Shown: one piece after another, positions 22,323-30,595 of the stretch
How the letters are laid out: each line of letters opens with the position of its first letter
Numbering within the stretch: the first letter of the stretch is position 1
DNA from: an uncultured Chloroflexia bacterium
Lineage (GTDB): Bacteria > Chloroflexota > Anaerolineae > Promineifilales > UBA4811
DNA: 64,000 nt
Direction: 5' to 3'
Assembly (NCBI GenBank): GCA_963707345.1
Contig: CAVPPE010000001.1
Location: 599,025 to 663,024, forward strand
Notes under the pieces: generated by a model
The model's database searches: none
The model's input: only the letters and a program-made list of their open reading frames with translations
Told to the model about the DNA's origin: nothing
Program-made: the position numbers and the translations under genes

Positions 22323-22350
22323 TTGACGCATCATATATCCATGGTATAAT
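22323..22350 (+). promoter_or_regulatory. tRNA-Phe promoter (TTGACG, 16 nt, TGgTATAAT)
   Basis: TTGACG at 22323-22328 and TGGTATAAT at 22342-22350, 24 nt upstream of the tRNA 5' end. Confidence 0.7.
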
Positions 22351-22373
22351 CTCGCGCGGTTGAACCACTGCCG

Positions 22374-22446
22374 GCCGAGATAGCTCAGTTGGTAGAGCAT
22401 TTGACTGAAAATCAAAGGGTCCCCAGTTCAAGTCTGGGTCTCGGCA
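22374..22446 (+). tRNA. tRNA-Phe (anticodon GAA), CCA not encoded
   Basis: I folded the cloverleaf by hand. Acceptor GCCGAGA/TCTCGGC, D-arm GCTC-AGTTGGTA-GAGC, anticodon stem TTTGA/TCAAA with loop CTGAAAA, T-arm CCCAG-TTCAAGT-CTGGG, discriminator A. Confidence 0.95.
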
Positions 22447-22458
22447 CTGTGGTCAAGG

Positions 22459-22488
22459 AAAGGCTCCTTCGGGGGCCTTTTGTTTTTC
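22459..22488 (+). terminator. Intrinsic terminator after tRNA-Phe
   Basis: AGGCTCC-ttcg-GGGGCCT hairpin followed by TTTGTTTTT. Confidence 0.8.
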
Positions 22489-22592
22489 GCTTATGTCGAG
22501 GATCGCAGGTACCGCGTTTGCCGAGAGGAGCCGGCCGCGGGGTGTCCTGGGAAGGACCAAACGTTATGAGTTAGTGGAAGAAACCGCTGCTG

Positions 22593-22973
22593 GTGATCTG
22601 CGGCACGCTGTGCGTAGTGCTGGCAGTGGTGGGTATGTTTTTGCCCGTGCTGCCGACCACGCCGTTTTTGTTGCTGGCGGCCGTGTGCTACGCACGCAGT
22701 TCGGAGCGGTTTCATGATTGGCTGCTCAATAACCGCTGGTTCGGCGAGTATATCAGGAATTATCGGGAAGGCCGGGGTATGACCTTGAGGGAAAAGCTGG
22801 TCACCATTGGATCGATGTGGTTGACCATCGGTCTCACCGCAACCCTGGCTGTTACTTCTTGGTGGGTTCGTCTTATCCTGCTGGCGATTGCGGTGGGAGT
22901 CACCATTCATCTGTCAAAGATCAAGACAGCCAGGCGGGCGAAATCCTCTGGTGAGGAACAAGCAACCTTGTGA
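22593..22973 (+). CDS. DUF454 (YbaN-like) inner-membrane protein
   Basis: 126 aa with the family signature LPVLPTTPFLLLAAVCYARSSERFHDWLLNNRWFGEYI. GTG start. Confidence 0.85.
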   Translation: MICGTLCVVLAVVGMFLPVLPTTPFLLLAAVCYARSSERFHDWLLNNRWFGEYIRNYREGRGMTLREKLVTIGSMWLTIGLTATLAVTSWWVRLILLAIAVGVTIHLSKIKTARRAKSSGEEQATL

Positions 22974-23047
22974 TAACCTACGAACTATCGGCCCCGAGGC
23001 GTGAGCGACAGTGCGTGGAAATTCGATGCGCACGGGGTGGAAAACTG

Positions 23048-23056
23048 TGCTATAAT
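23048..23056 (+). promoter_or_regulatory. Orphan extended -10 box (TGCTATAAT) in an intergenic region
   Basis: A perfect TGnTATAAT with no downstream ORF before the terminator at 23086-23132. Confidence 0.35.
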
Positions 23057-23085
23057 GTGGGATGTGTTAGTGGGCTTTTGCAGCC

Positions 23086-23132
23086 AAAAAGGGAGAAGGA
23101 AGCCTAGCCGGGTGTTACCTTCTCTCTTTTTT
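23086..23132. terminator. Bidirectional intrinsic terminator
   Basis: AAAAAGGGAGAAGG…CCTTCTCTCTTTTTT: an A-tract, a stem and a T-tract. It reads as hairpin plus U-run on both strands and lies between convergent genes. Confidence 0.7.
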
Positions 23133-23152
23133 GTTTGCACCTTGTTCCTGAT

Positions 23153-23876
23153 TCACTCTGTTTGAGGGTCCGGTTGTTGGCTCGGCGCCTTCATGGGCGT
23201 GATGGCGCGCAGGAAACCGATGAACATGAGGATAGCGCCCAGCAGTTCGCTGATGTACAAGGCGCCACCAAGTCCGAAGCGGCTAAAAGCTCCTCCAAAT
23301 GCCGGCAGGATGGCCCCTGCTGCGATGAGGATATTGCCAATCGTCCGGTGGAGCAACACCCGCTTGCGCCAAAAAAGCCAAGCAGAATAAGCAGCCCCTC
23401 CTACCAATGTGACGGTACCATACAAATTGAAGAACGGCGTGAGACTGCGCACGCCCGATGTAACGATGGCGTGCCCACTCAGCTCACTACCGGTGTGCAC
23501 GCTGGTTGTCATCAGGCTGGGGTCCAACTCGGCTCCAAAGACGCGTACCAGCCCATAGATCGAACTCAACACCAGCAGTACCATGGTCGCGTTTGCCCAG
23601 CGACCTTGTGGCCAACAGGTAGACGGTGCCCTGCCCGAGCCAGGCCGCAACAAGAATGGCACCAAACAGATACCACAGACGGAAGATCAGTGGGTTCCAG
23701 CCGGTCAGACCGTGAAAAGCCTCGCAGAAGCCGCCAATGCCATAAAAGACGAGCCCGATGCTCCAGATCAACAGGTGTGGGCCTTTCCGTTCGAGGTAGC
23801 GACGAAAGACAATTACTGCAAAGGAAAGGCTGAGCACAAAGGAGAGCGCGGGAAGCCATTTGACGAGGTCATCCAT
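23153..23876 (-). CDS. Hypothetical polytopic membrane protein, interrupted by an apparent +1 frameshift (about 23590-23665)
   Basis: ORFs 23487..23876 and 23153..23665 are both strongly hydrophobic, overlap in adjacent frames and together form one protein of about 240 aa with 6-8 TM segments. Span length is 3n+1. Confidence 0.6.
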
Positions 23877-23902
23877 TTTGTCAGTTCCTCAAGACGATGA
23901 TC

Positions 23903-24163
23903 TTACCCACCGGCCGGAAAAAAGCCCAGGGCTATGGCAACAATAACGATTAGCAGAACGAGCACGACGAGCGCGATAATCGCCAACGCCACTGGAACAA
24001 TCTTTTCGAAAATCTGCGGATACTGACGGTTTGGCGGTCCGGCCGTCTGTTCATCGGTACTCCATCCGGTGCTGTGTTGGCAAGATTCTAGCAGAAGGGA
24101 AGCGAGAGTTGGCAATAGACTGTGGCCCAGGCCGACCATGGCAGCATAGCTTTTGTGTGGCAT
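23903..24163 (-). CDS. Possible small tail-anchored membrane protein (hypothetical)
   Basis: ORF with one strong C-terminal TM helix (VPVALAIIALVVLVLLIVIVAIALGFF). The start is uncertain and there is no recognisable homology. Confidence 0.25.
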   Translation of the reverse strand: MPHKSYAAMVGLGHSLLPTLASLLLESCQHSTGWSTDEQTAGPPNRQYPQIFEKIVPVALAIIALVVLVLLIVIVAIALGFFPAGG

Positions 24164-24225
24164 TTCCAGGCGGTATCTGTTAAGATTATGCTCCAAAGGT
24201 GGAATATGGACAGGAGGTGAATAGA

Positions 24226-25291
24226 GTGCCATCACTGCATGTGGCTTTGTTGGCCAATCTCAAGAAAAATGCCCCATCCGTCCCGGGTATCCCGGCCGAT
24301 TTCTGGGCCGATCTGGACTCGGAAAACACGGTGGATGCCATTGCGGATGCGTTGCGACAGGGCGGGCACAGGGTCACCTTTTTGGAAGGGGATGTGACCT
24401 TGTTCGACCGACTGCGCGAGGTGCAGCCGGACATCTGCTTTAATATTTGCGAAGGGCATTTTGGCGACAGTCGCGAGGCGCATGTGCCGGCCGTGTTGGA
24501 GATGATGCGCATGCCCGTATACCGGCTCCGGCGTGCTGACGCTGGCGCTCACGTTGGACAAGCCGATGACCAAGCGGGTGCTGGCATACCATGACCTGCC
24601 CACGCCGCCGTTTCAGGTTTTCGAGCGGGCAGATGAGCCATTGGACCCCGCTATGAACTATCCGATGTTCGTCAAGCCCAGCCGTCAGGGGACCGGCACC
24701 GGCATAAGCGCCGAGTCAATTGTTCGCAATGAGGACCAGATGCGGGTGCAGATCGGGCGCTTGATTGACGCGTACGACGAACCGATATTGGTAGAACGTT
24801 TTGTGGAGGGGCGGGACGTCACGGTGGGTATGGTGGGCAACCTGACGCCGCCAGTAGCGTGGCGCGTTCCGGAAGACGAGGAAGCTCCCCGAATCGTGCG
24901 TGGTTTGCGTTTTCTCCCGCCACTGGAGATCGAGTTGGGCGTTTATGCCCAGGAAGAAGGCGGGATTTACACCAACCGGGCCAAGGTTGAACTAGCCGAT
25001 AAACTGACCTACGTTTGCCCGGCATCTTTGGACGACGACCTGATAGAGGAGTTGAACTGGCTGGCGGCCGCCACGTTTCGCGTCACCGGCTGTGTGGACG
25101 TGGCGCGGGTGGACTTTCGGCTGGATGCGGCCGATGGGAACAAACCGTACATTCTGGAGATCAATCCGCTGCCCGGCCTCGCACCGGGGATCAGCGACCT
25201 GGTGATGGAGGCCGGTGCGGCCGGAATTGGCCATGTGGATCTGGTCAACCTGATCCTGGAGGCAGCTCTGGAGCGTTGGGAGATCGGTTGA
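24226..25291 (+). CDS. D-alanine--D-alanine ligase family ATP-grasp enzyme, interrupted by an apparent +1 frameshift near 24515
   Basis: ORFs 24199..24594 and 24533..25291 join as …AVLEMMRMP|YTGSGVLTLALTLDKPMTKRVL…. The ATP-grasp C-terminus includes …RVDFRLD…PYILEINPLPGL. GTG 24226 has AGGAGG upstream. Span length is 3n+1. Confidence 0.8.
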
Positions 25292-25380
25292 GCGAAAGCC
25301 GGAGGGAATTTTGCTGAAAATAAATGACATTATCCCTGTTTTGCGGTAAACTTGCAGCCCTGTTGAGACGAAGGAACATC

Positions 25381-25883
25381 ATGATGATATTGCAAAAGAT
25401 CCCGGTGTCAAGCGGTGGATGGGATCGTGCAGGCCTGTTGATAGCGCTGCTGCTGGCCCCGGCCGCGCGTGGCGCAGGAAGGCCCCACGCAGGACCAGAT
25501 TAATGCAGTGGCCCGCAAGCTGTATTGTCCGGTGTGTGAAAACACGCCACTGGACGTCTGCCCTACGCAGGCGTGCCAGAACTGGCGGGACGAAATCCGG
25601 GTGGCGCTGATGGAAGGCAGGTCTGAGCGAGAAATACTGGATGACTTTGCCCGCAAGTATGGTGACAGCGTGCTGGCGGAGCCACCTCCGCGCCAGGTGG
25701 TTGCCTGGGCGCTGCCGGTGGTGTTGGTGCTGGCTGGCGTGGGTGCAATGGCTTATTGGCTGCGCAACTGGACCCGGCCGGAAACGGCCACAGCACCTTT
25801 GCCTGTTGATGAAGGGCCAGGTATGATCGAATTCCGACCCATATCTGCAAAAACTGGAACAAGAACTGGCCGAGTGGGAGTAA
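25381..25883 (+). CDS. ccmH: Cytochrome c-type biogenesis protein CcmH (CxxC), with two apparent +1 frameshifts (about 25467 and 25833)
   Basis: The signal peptide (MMILQKIPVSSGGWDRAGLLIALLLAPAA) is in frame 1. The core (…ARKLYCPVCENTPL…ILDDFARKYGDSVLAEPP + TM) is in frame 2. The family-typical C-terminus (DPYLQKLEQELAEWE*) is in frame 0. Span length is 3n+2. Confidence 0.7.
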
Positions 25884-26456
25884 TGGAAGAAGAGACAATC
25901 ATGGATGAGCAGGCCAGCAAGCGAGGCTCTCGCTGGACCTCGGTGCTGGTCTGGGGTGGCGTCCTTGCGTTGCTGGTGGTGCTGGGTTACGGGCTGCTGA
26001 AGCAGCTCGCCGGCCGGCCCGAAGGCAAAGCGCCGGATTTCACCCTCACCCTTTTTGAGGGGTACGAGTACGAGGGCCACAGCGAGGTGACTCTGTCCGA
26101 CTCTGCGCGGCAAGGTGGTAGTGATCAACTTCTGGGCCGAGTGGTGCGTGGAGTGCAAGATTGAGGCCGATCTGCTGGAAGCGACCTGGCGTGCCTATCG
26201 GGACAAGGGAGTGGTCTTTTTGGGGGTGGACTGGGTGGATGTGGAAACCGAGGCGCGCAAGTACCTCACCCGCTACGACATCACCTATCCCAACGGGCCG
26301 GATCTGGGCAGCCGGATCGGGCAGCGCTTTGGGCTGACCGGCGTGCCGGAGACCTTTTTCATCAACAAGACCGGCGAGGTGGATTGGTTTAAACTGGGTC
26401 CGCTCACCGATTCCGAGTTGACTGGCAAGCTGGACGCGTTGCTGGCGCAACCGTAA
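25883..26456 (+). CDS. ccmG: Thiol:disulfide oxidoreductase CcmG/ResA/TlpA type, with an apparent +1 frameshift near 26099
   Basis: The N-terminal TM anchor plus …KAPDFTLTLFEG…EVTLSD is in frame 2. LRGKVVVINFWAEWCVECK… (thioredoxin CxxC) is in frame 0. The ATG overlaps the ccmH stop (TAATG). Span length is 3n+1. Confidence 0.8.
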
Positions 26457-26467
26457 GGGGTGAACTG

Positions 26468-26914
26468 ATGCTTGGAAGTGCGCTTCTGTTTGGTGCTGGC
26501 CTGTTATTGGTCACGCTGTACTTGATTCTCCGGCCGTTTCTCCGGCAGCCGGCATCCCCTTGGACGGTCGAGCAGGTCAGCAGCCCGCGCCAGCGCTTGA
26601 TGGCGCAAAAGGCGGCCATATATGCCGCAATCCGGGAGATTGACGCCGATGTGCGGGTGGGCAAGCTGGAACCGGTCGATCACCAGGCCTTGCGCCAGCG
26701 CTATCTGGTCGAAGGGGTGGCGGTACTCAAAGCATTGGATGAACTGCCGGTGGATGCAGGGGTGGATGCAGCTATCGAGGCGGACCTTGCCAGGTTGCAA
26801 AGTGGCGGAGCGTTGCCGACCGTGGATGCGGGCCGGTTTTGCTCTGGCTGCGGCACGGCCGCCGACCCGGGTGACAGATTCTGCGCCCGCTGTGGCGCAC
26901 AGTTAAAAGGGTAA
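26468..26914 (+). CDS. Membrane-anchored protein with a C-terminal zinc ribbon (possible CcmI-like accessory factor)
   Basis: 148 aa: an N-terminal TM helix, a post-TM helix (SPRQRLMAQKAAIYAAIREIDADVRVGKL) resembling the CcmI N-terminal motif, and a C-terminal CSGCG…CARCG. Confidence 0.6.
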   Translation: MLGSALLFGAGLLLVTLYLILRPFLRQPASPWTVEQVSSPRQRLMAQKAAIYAAIREIDADVRVGKLEPVDHQALRQRYLVEGVAVLKALDELPVDAGVDAAIEADLARLQSGGALPTVDAGRFCSGCGTAADPGDRFCARCGAQLKG

Positions 26915-26917
26915 ACG

Positions 26918-28150
26918 ATGCCGAAGCGACTTGAGCATTTGTCACGGCTGTTGTTGCTGGTGGGGCTGCTGCTGGCGGCCCCGGCCGCGGCGCAGGACCC
27001 CGTACCGGCCGATGCCACGATTGGCCGGGTTGAAGGGCAGGTGATCAACCTGACGGCCGGCACGGCCGAAGGGTCGGTCGGGGTGCCGGTGGTGCTGTAT
27101 GTGCTGGAGAACTTTGAACCCACCGACACTTACACGTCTACCGTGGGCGCAGATGGCGCGTTTGTCTTTTCCGACGTCCCGTTGGTGGAAGGCCGTACCT
27201 ACATCACGACGCTGGAGTACCAAAAGGTGGCCTACGGCAGCACCTTCTTGGAGTACGAAGGCGTGGGTGACGTAATCCAGTTGGATATCGAAACGTATGA
27301 AGTGACTACCGACCCGGCCGTCATCCGTGTTGGCCGGCTGCACGTGATTGTGGATTTCGCCGGCGAGACGATGCGCATCTCCGAGCTGTACATCTTTGAC
27401 AACAACGGCGACCGGGTTTACGCTGGGGCAACGGGTGACCCGACCGAGGGCACGTTGGAATTGCCCCTGCCGGTGGGGGCGCTTCGGCCGCAGGTGCAGC
27501 GCAGCATGGGGGAATCGATGGTGCCGACCACCAGCAGCGTTTTTGCCACTGACGGTGGCTACCTGGACACACTCCCGGTCAGGCCCGGCCAGGCCACCCA
27601 GCAGTTGATGGTGGTGTACGAGTTGCCATACAGCGAGGAGCTGACGGTCTCCCACATGTTGCCTTACGCCACGTCTAGCGTCTCTCTCTTTTTGCCCGAT
27701 GCGGGCCTGGAAGTGGAAAGCGATATGCTAACCAGTATGGGCCCACAGGCCCTGCAGGGGATGGCTTTTCTGGAGTGGGAGGCAAAGGAACTGGCGGCCG
27801 GGACGACACTCGCTTTCACGGTCAAGGGTGAAGTAGATATGGCTCAAATGGTCGAGCAGATGGAAGACCCCGCCCGGCCGCAGAGTTCGGGCCAGTTCCC
27901 GCTCGCGGTGGGTGCTGGCGACAACATCACCAGTTGGCTGCTGGGCGTGGCCGGCCTGGCGCTGGCGGCCGGCCTGGTGGCCTTTTTCTGGTTTAGGCGG
28001 GGGGCGGGGCCGGAGCGCAGCCCGCGAGAGTCCCTTTTGCAGGCGATTGCAGAGCTAGATGCTGCCCATGAGGCTGGCGAGATTCCGGCCGTGCGCTATG
28101 AGTTTGAACGGGAGCGGTTGAAGGACCAATTGCGCGATTGGTACCGCTGA
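26918..28150 (+). CDS. Secreted, C-terminally anchored protein with a carboxypeptidase-regulatory-like beta-sandwich domain
   Basis: 410 aa: signal peptide (LLLVGLLLAAPAAAQ), IGRVEGQVINLT…GAFVFSDVPL, a late TM helix, then SPRESLLQAIAELDAAHEAGEI, which echoes the motif in the preceding gene. Confidence 0.6.
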   Translation: MPKRLEHLSRLLLLVGLLLAAPAAAQDPVPADATIGRVEGQVINLTAGTAEGSVGVPVVLYVLENFEPTDTYTSTVGADGAFVFSDVPLVEGRTYITTLEYQKVAYGSTFLEYEGVGDVIQLDIETYEVTTDPAVIRVGRLHVIVDFAGETMRISELYIFDNNGDRVYAGATGDPTEGTLELPLPVGALRPQVQRSMGESMVPTTSSVFATDGGYLDTLPVRPGQATQQLMVVYELPYSEELTVSHMLPYATSSVSLFLPDAGLEVESDMLTSMGPQALQGMAFLEWEAKELAAGTTLAFTVKGEVDMAQMVEQMEDPARPQSSGQFPLAVGAGDNITSWLLGVAGLALAAGLVAFFWFRRGAGPERSPRESLLQAIAELDAAHEAGEIPAVRYEFERERLKDQLRDWYR

Positions 28151-28168
28151 ATTCAAGTCGCCCGCAAG

Positions 28169-28879
28169 ATGATTCAGGTCTCCAGGTTAGTGAAGAATTT
28201 TGGTTTGCACCCAGTGCTGCGGGGTGTGGACCTGCACGTCCGGCCGGGGGAGTTTCTCACGCTGCTGGGGCCCAATGGCGCGGGCAAGACCACCCTGTTG
28301 CGGATCATTGCCACCCTCAGCCGGCCGACCTCCGGCGAGGTGCGGGTGGGCGGATGGCAGCTACCCCGCCAGGCGGAGCGCGTCCGCCCGCACCTGGGGT
28401 TGATCTCTCACCAGCCGCTGCTGTATGCAGAACTGACGGCTGAGGAGAATTTGCGCTTTTTTGGGCGCATGTACGGCTTGGAAGAGCCGGCCGGCCGGAT
28501 TAGTGAGGTGTTGGAGGCGGTCGGGCTTGCCCGGCGGCGGCACGACCCGGTGGGCGAGTTCTCGCGGGGCATGCAGCAGCGCTTGACGATCGCGCGGGCG
28601 ATTTTACACCAGCCGGACGTCATGTTGCTGGACGAGCCTTACACCGGCCTGGACCAGACCGCGGCCGGCATGCTGGATCAGGTTTTGCGGGCGGTGGCGA
28701 CTGCCGGCCGGACGGTGATCATGACGACCCACGACCTGGCCCGCGGATTGGCCAACAGCCATCGGGTAGCGATTCTGGCGCGGGGCAAGATTGCCTTTGA
28801 GGCCGGCCGCGAAGAAGTGGATCCGGCCGAGTTCCACCAGGTTTACGAGCAGGCGACTCGGGGAGGCGGTCCGGGATGA
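28169..28879 (+). CDS. ccmA: Heme exporter ABC ATPase CcmA
   Basis: 236 aa with Walker A (GPNGAGKTT), a signature-like FSRGMQQR and Walker B (LLDEP). The stop overlaps the ccmB start. Confidence 0.85.
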   Translation: MIQVSRLVKNFGLHPVLRGVDLHVRPGEFLTLLGPNGAGKTTLLRIIATLSRPTSGEVRVGGWQLPRQAERVRPHLGLISHQPLLYAELTAEENLRFFGRMYGLEEPAGRISEVLEAVGLARRRHDPVGEFSRGMQQRLTIARAILHQPDVMLLDEPYTGLDQTAAGMLDQVLRAVATAGRTVIMTTHDLARGLANSHRVAILARGKIAFEAGREEVDPAEFHQVYEQATRGGGPG

Positions 28880-29589
28880 CGGTCACGACGCAAGAGGCCT
28901 CCGGCCGGGTGCGGCGGCCTGCTACCTGGCAAGCAGCGGCAGCTATTTTTTGGAAAGACCTGGTGGCGGAATTGCGCAGCAAGGAGCTATTCAGCGCCAT
29001 GCTGGTGTTTGCCCTGATTGTGGTGGTGGTCTTTAACTTTGCGGTCGAGTTGCGCAAAGACCTTGCCCAGCAGACCGCAATCGGTTTTTTGTGGGTGACC
29101 ATTGTCTTTGCCGGGATGCTAGGGCTCAGTCGCTCGCTGGCGCGCGAAAAAGATCGGGGTTGTCTGGATGGCTTGCTGCTGTGTCCGGTTGATCGCGGCA
29201 TGGTCTACCTGGGCAAGATGGCCGGCAATTTGCTCTTTATCCTGGCAGTGGCCGTGGCGGTTTTGCCACTATTCATCGTGCTGTTTGACGTGCCCTTTTA
29301 CCGGCCGTTACTTCTGGCCGTCATTGTGCTGGGCACGGTGGGGTTTGCGGGCGTCGGGACGTTGCTCTCGGCGATGGCGGTGCACACGCGGGCGCGGGAT
29401 GTGATGCTGCCCATCATCCTGCTGCCGGTCAGCGTTCCGCTGGTGCTGGCGGCCGTGCGTGCCAGCCGGGTGGTCATCGACGACCGGGCCTTGAGTGAGT
29501 TCTGGCCTTGGGCCGCCATGTTGTTGGCGTACGACGTGATCTTGATCACCGTGTCGTTTTTGACCTTTGATTTTATCGTGGAAGAGTGA
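28876..29589 (+). CDS. ccmB: Heme exporter permease CcmB
   Basis: 237 aa with 6 TM segments and a CcmB-like N-terminus (FWKDLVAELRSKE…). Confidence 0.85.
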   Translation: MTVTTQEASGRVRRPATWQAAAAIFWKDLVAELRSKELFSAMLVFALIVVVVFNFAVELRKDLAQQTAIGFLWVTIVFAGMLGLSRSLAREKDRGCLDGLLLCPVDRGMVYLGKMAGNLLFILAVAVAVLPLFIVLFDVPFYRPLLLAVIVLGTVGFAGVGTLLSAMAVHTRARDVMLPIILLPVSVPLVLAAVRASRVVIDDRALSEFWPWAAMLLAYDVILITVSFLTFDFIVEE

Positions 29590-29658
29590 CGTTTCTGCCC
29601 GAAAACTCGAGCAGGAAAGCGCTCCAAATAACCGAGTTGCTGTGCAGATGAGTGATCG

Positions 29659-30360
29659 ATGAAAACCGAAAGCAAGGTTTTGACTGTGTTGAGTTGGCTG
29701 AGCGCAGCCATGATGGCGGTAGCCATCTACCTGGTATTCATGGTAGCGCCGACAGAGCGCACCATGGGTTTGAGCCAGCGAATCTTTTACTTCCATGTGG
29801 GTTCTGGCTGGGTGGGCGCTGCCATGTTGATGGTTGCCGTCGTGGCCGGGATTGGCGTGCTTCGGACGGGGTCGCGCCGCTGGGATCGGGTGGCAATCGC
29901 CTCCATCGAGGTAGGGCTGGCCTTTATCACCATGATTATTGTGACCGGGTCCATTTGGGCCAAGGCTTCGTGGAACACGTGGTGGACCTGGAGCCCGCGC
30001 CTGACTTCGGCGGCCGTTATGTGGCTGGTGTACGTAGCCTACTTTATGCTGCGCAACGCCCTAGACGATCCCGACAAGAGCGCTCGTTTCGGGGCGGTCT
30101 ACGGTATAGTGGGATTCATCACCGTGGTCACCACCTTTTTCTCCATCCGCCTGTTGAGCGACATTCACCCCACCTTGTTTGGCACTGGCGCGGGTGAGGT
30201 GGGCGGTGGCCTGGCGGATGAGATGTATTTTCCCTTCTTTTTTTCGCTTGCCACGTTTACCGTGTTGGGGATCACGTTGTTATGGCACAGGGTGCGCCTG
30301 ACTCGGCTCGGTGATGAGATCGCAGCACTGCGCACGCGCCTGCTGATGCGCGACAGATGA
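29659..30360 (+). CDS. ccmC: Heme-handling protein CcmC
   Basis: 233 aa with a Trp-rich WWD-type motif (WNTWWTWSPRLTS) and the conserved FYFHV histidine. Confidence 0.88.
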   Translation: MKTESKVLTVLSWLSAAMMAVAIYLVFMVAPTERTMGLSQRIFYFHVGSGWVGAAMLMVAVVAGIGVLRTGSRRWDRVAIASIEVGLAFITMIIVTGSIWAKASWNTWWTWSPRLTSAAVMWLVYVAYFMLRNALDDPDKSARFGAVYGIVGFITVVTTFFSIRLLSDIHPTLFGTGAGEVGGGLADEMYFPFFFSLATFTVLGITLLWHRVRLTRLGDEIAALRTRLLMRDR

Positions 30361-30439
30361 GCGCCGGCCGGGCGTAAGAAATCCCCTTACACAGTTGTCA
30401 GGGTGAATGATAGGAACTCGAGACGGATAGGAGGTCGTA

Positions 30440-30595
30440 ATGGACACGTTAGGTTACATGATGGCTGGTTACCTGGTGATTTGGGGGCTGGCCTTTGGTT
30501 TGTTGTTTAGCATGTGGTCCCGCAGCCGGCGTCTGGAGCGCGAGCTGGAATCGGTGCGGCTGCTGGTGGACGAACTGGACCGCGAGGAATTGTAA
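30440..30595 (+). CDS. ccmD: CcmD-like small membrane protein (51 aa; below the ORF-track cutoff)
   Basis: AGGAGG RBS. MDTLGYMMAGYLVIWGLAFGLLFSMWSRSRRLERELESVRLLVDELDREEL: a single TM helix plus a charged tail. The stop overlaps the next ATG (TAATG). Confidence 0.65.
   Translation: MDTLGYMMAGYLVIWGLAFGLLFSMWSRSRRLERELESVRLLVDELDREEL

Noticed and set aside
25379-26158. The 259-aa minus-strand ORF across the ccmH/ccmG region as a real gene that would explain the broken plus-strand frames.
   Set aside because: Its translation is His/Arg/Gln-rich with no homology or RBS. The plus-strand fragments carry unmistakable CcmH and thioredoxin-fold CxxC motifs.
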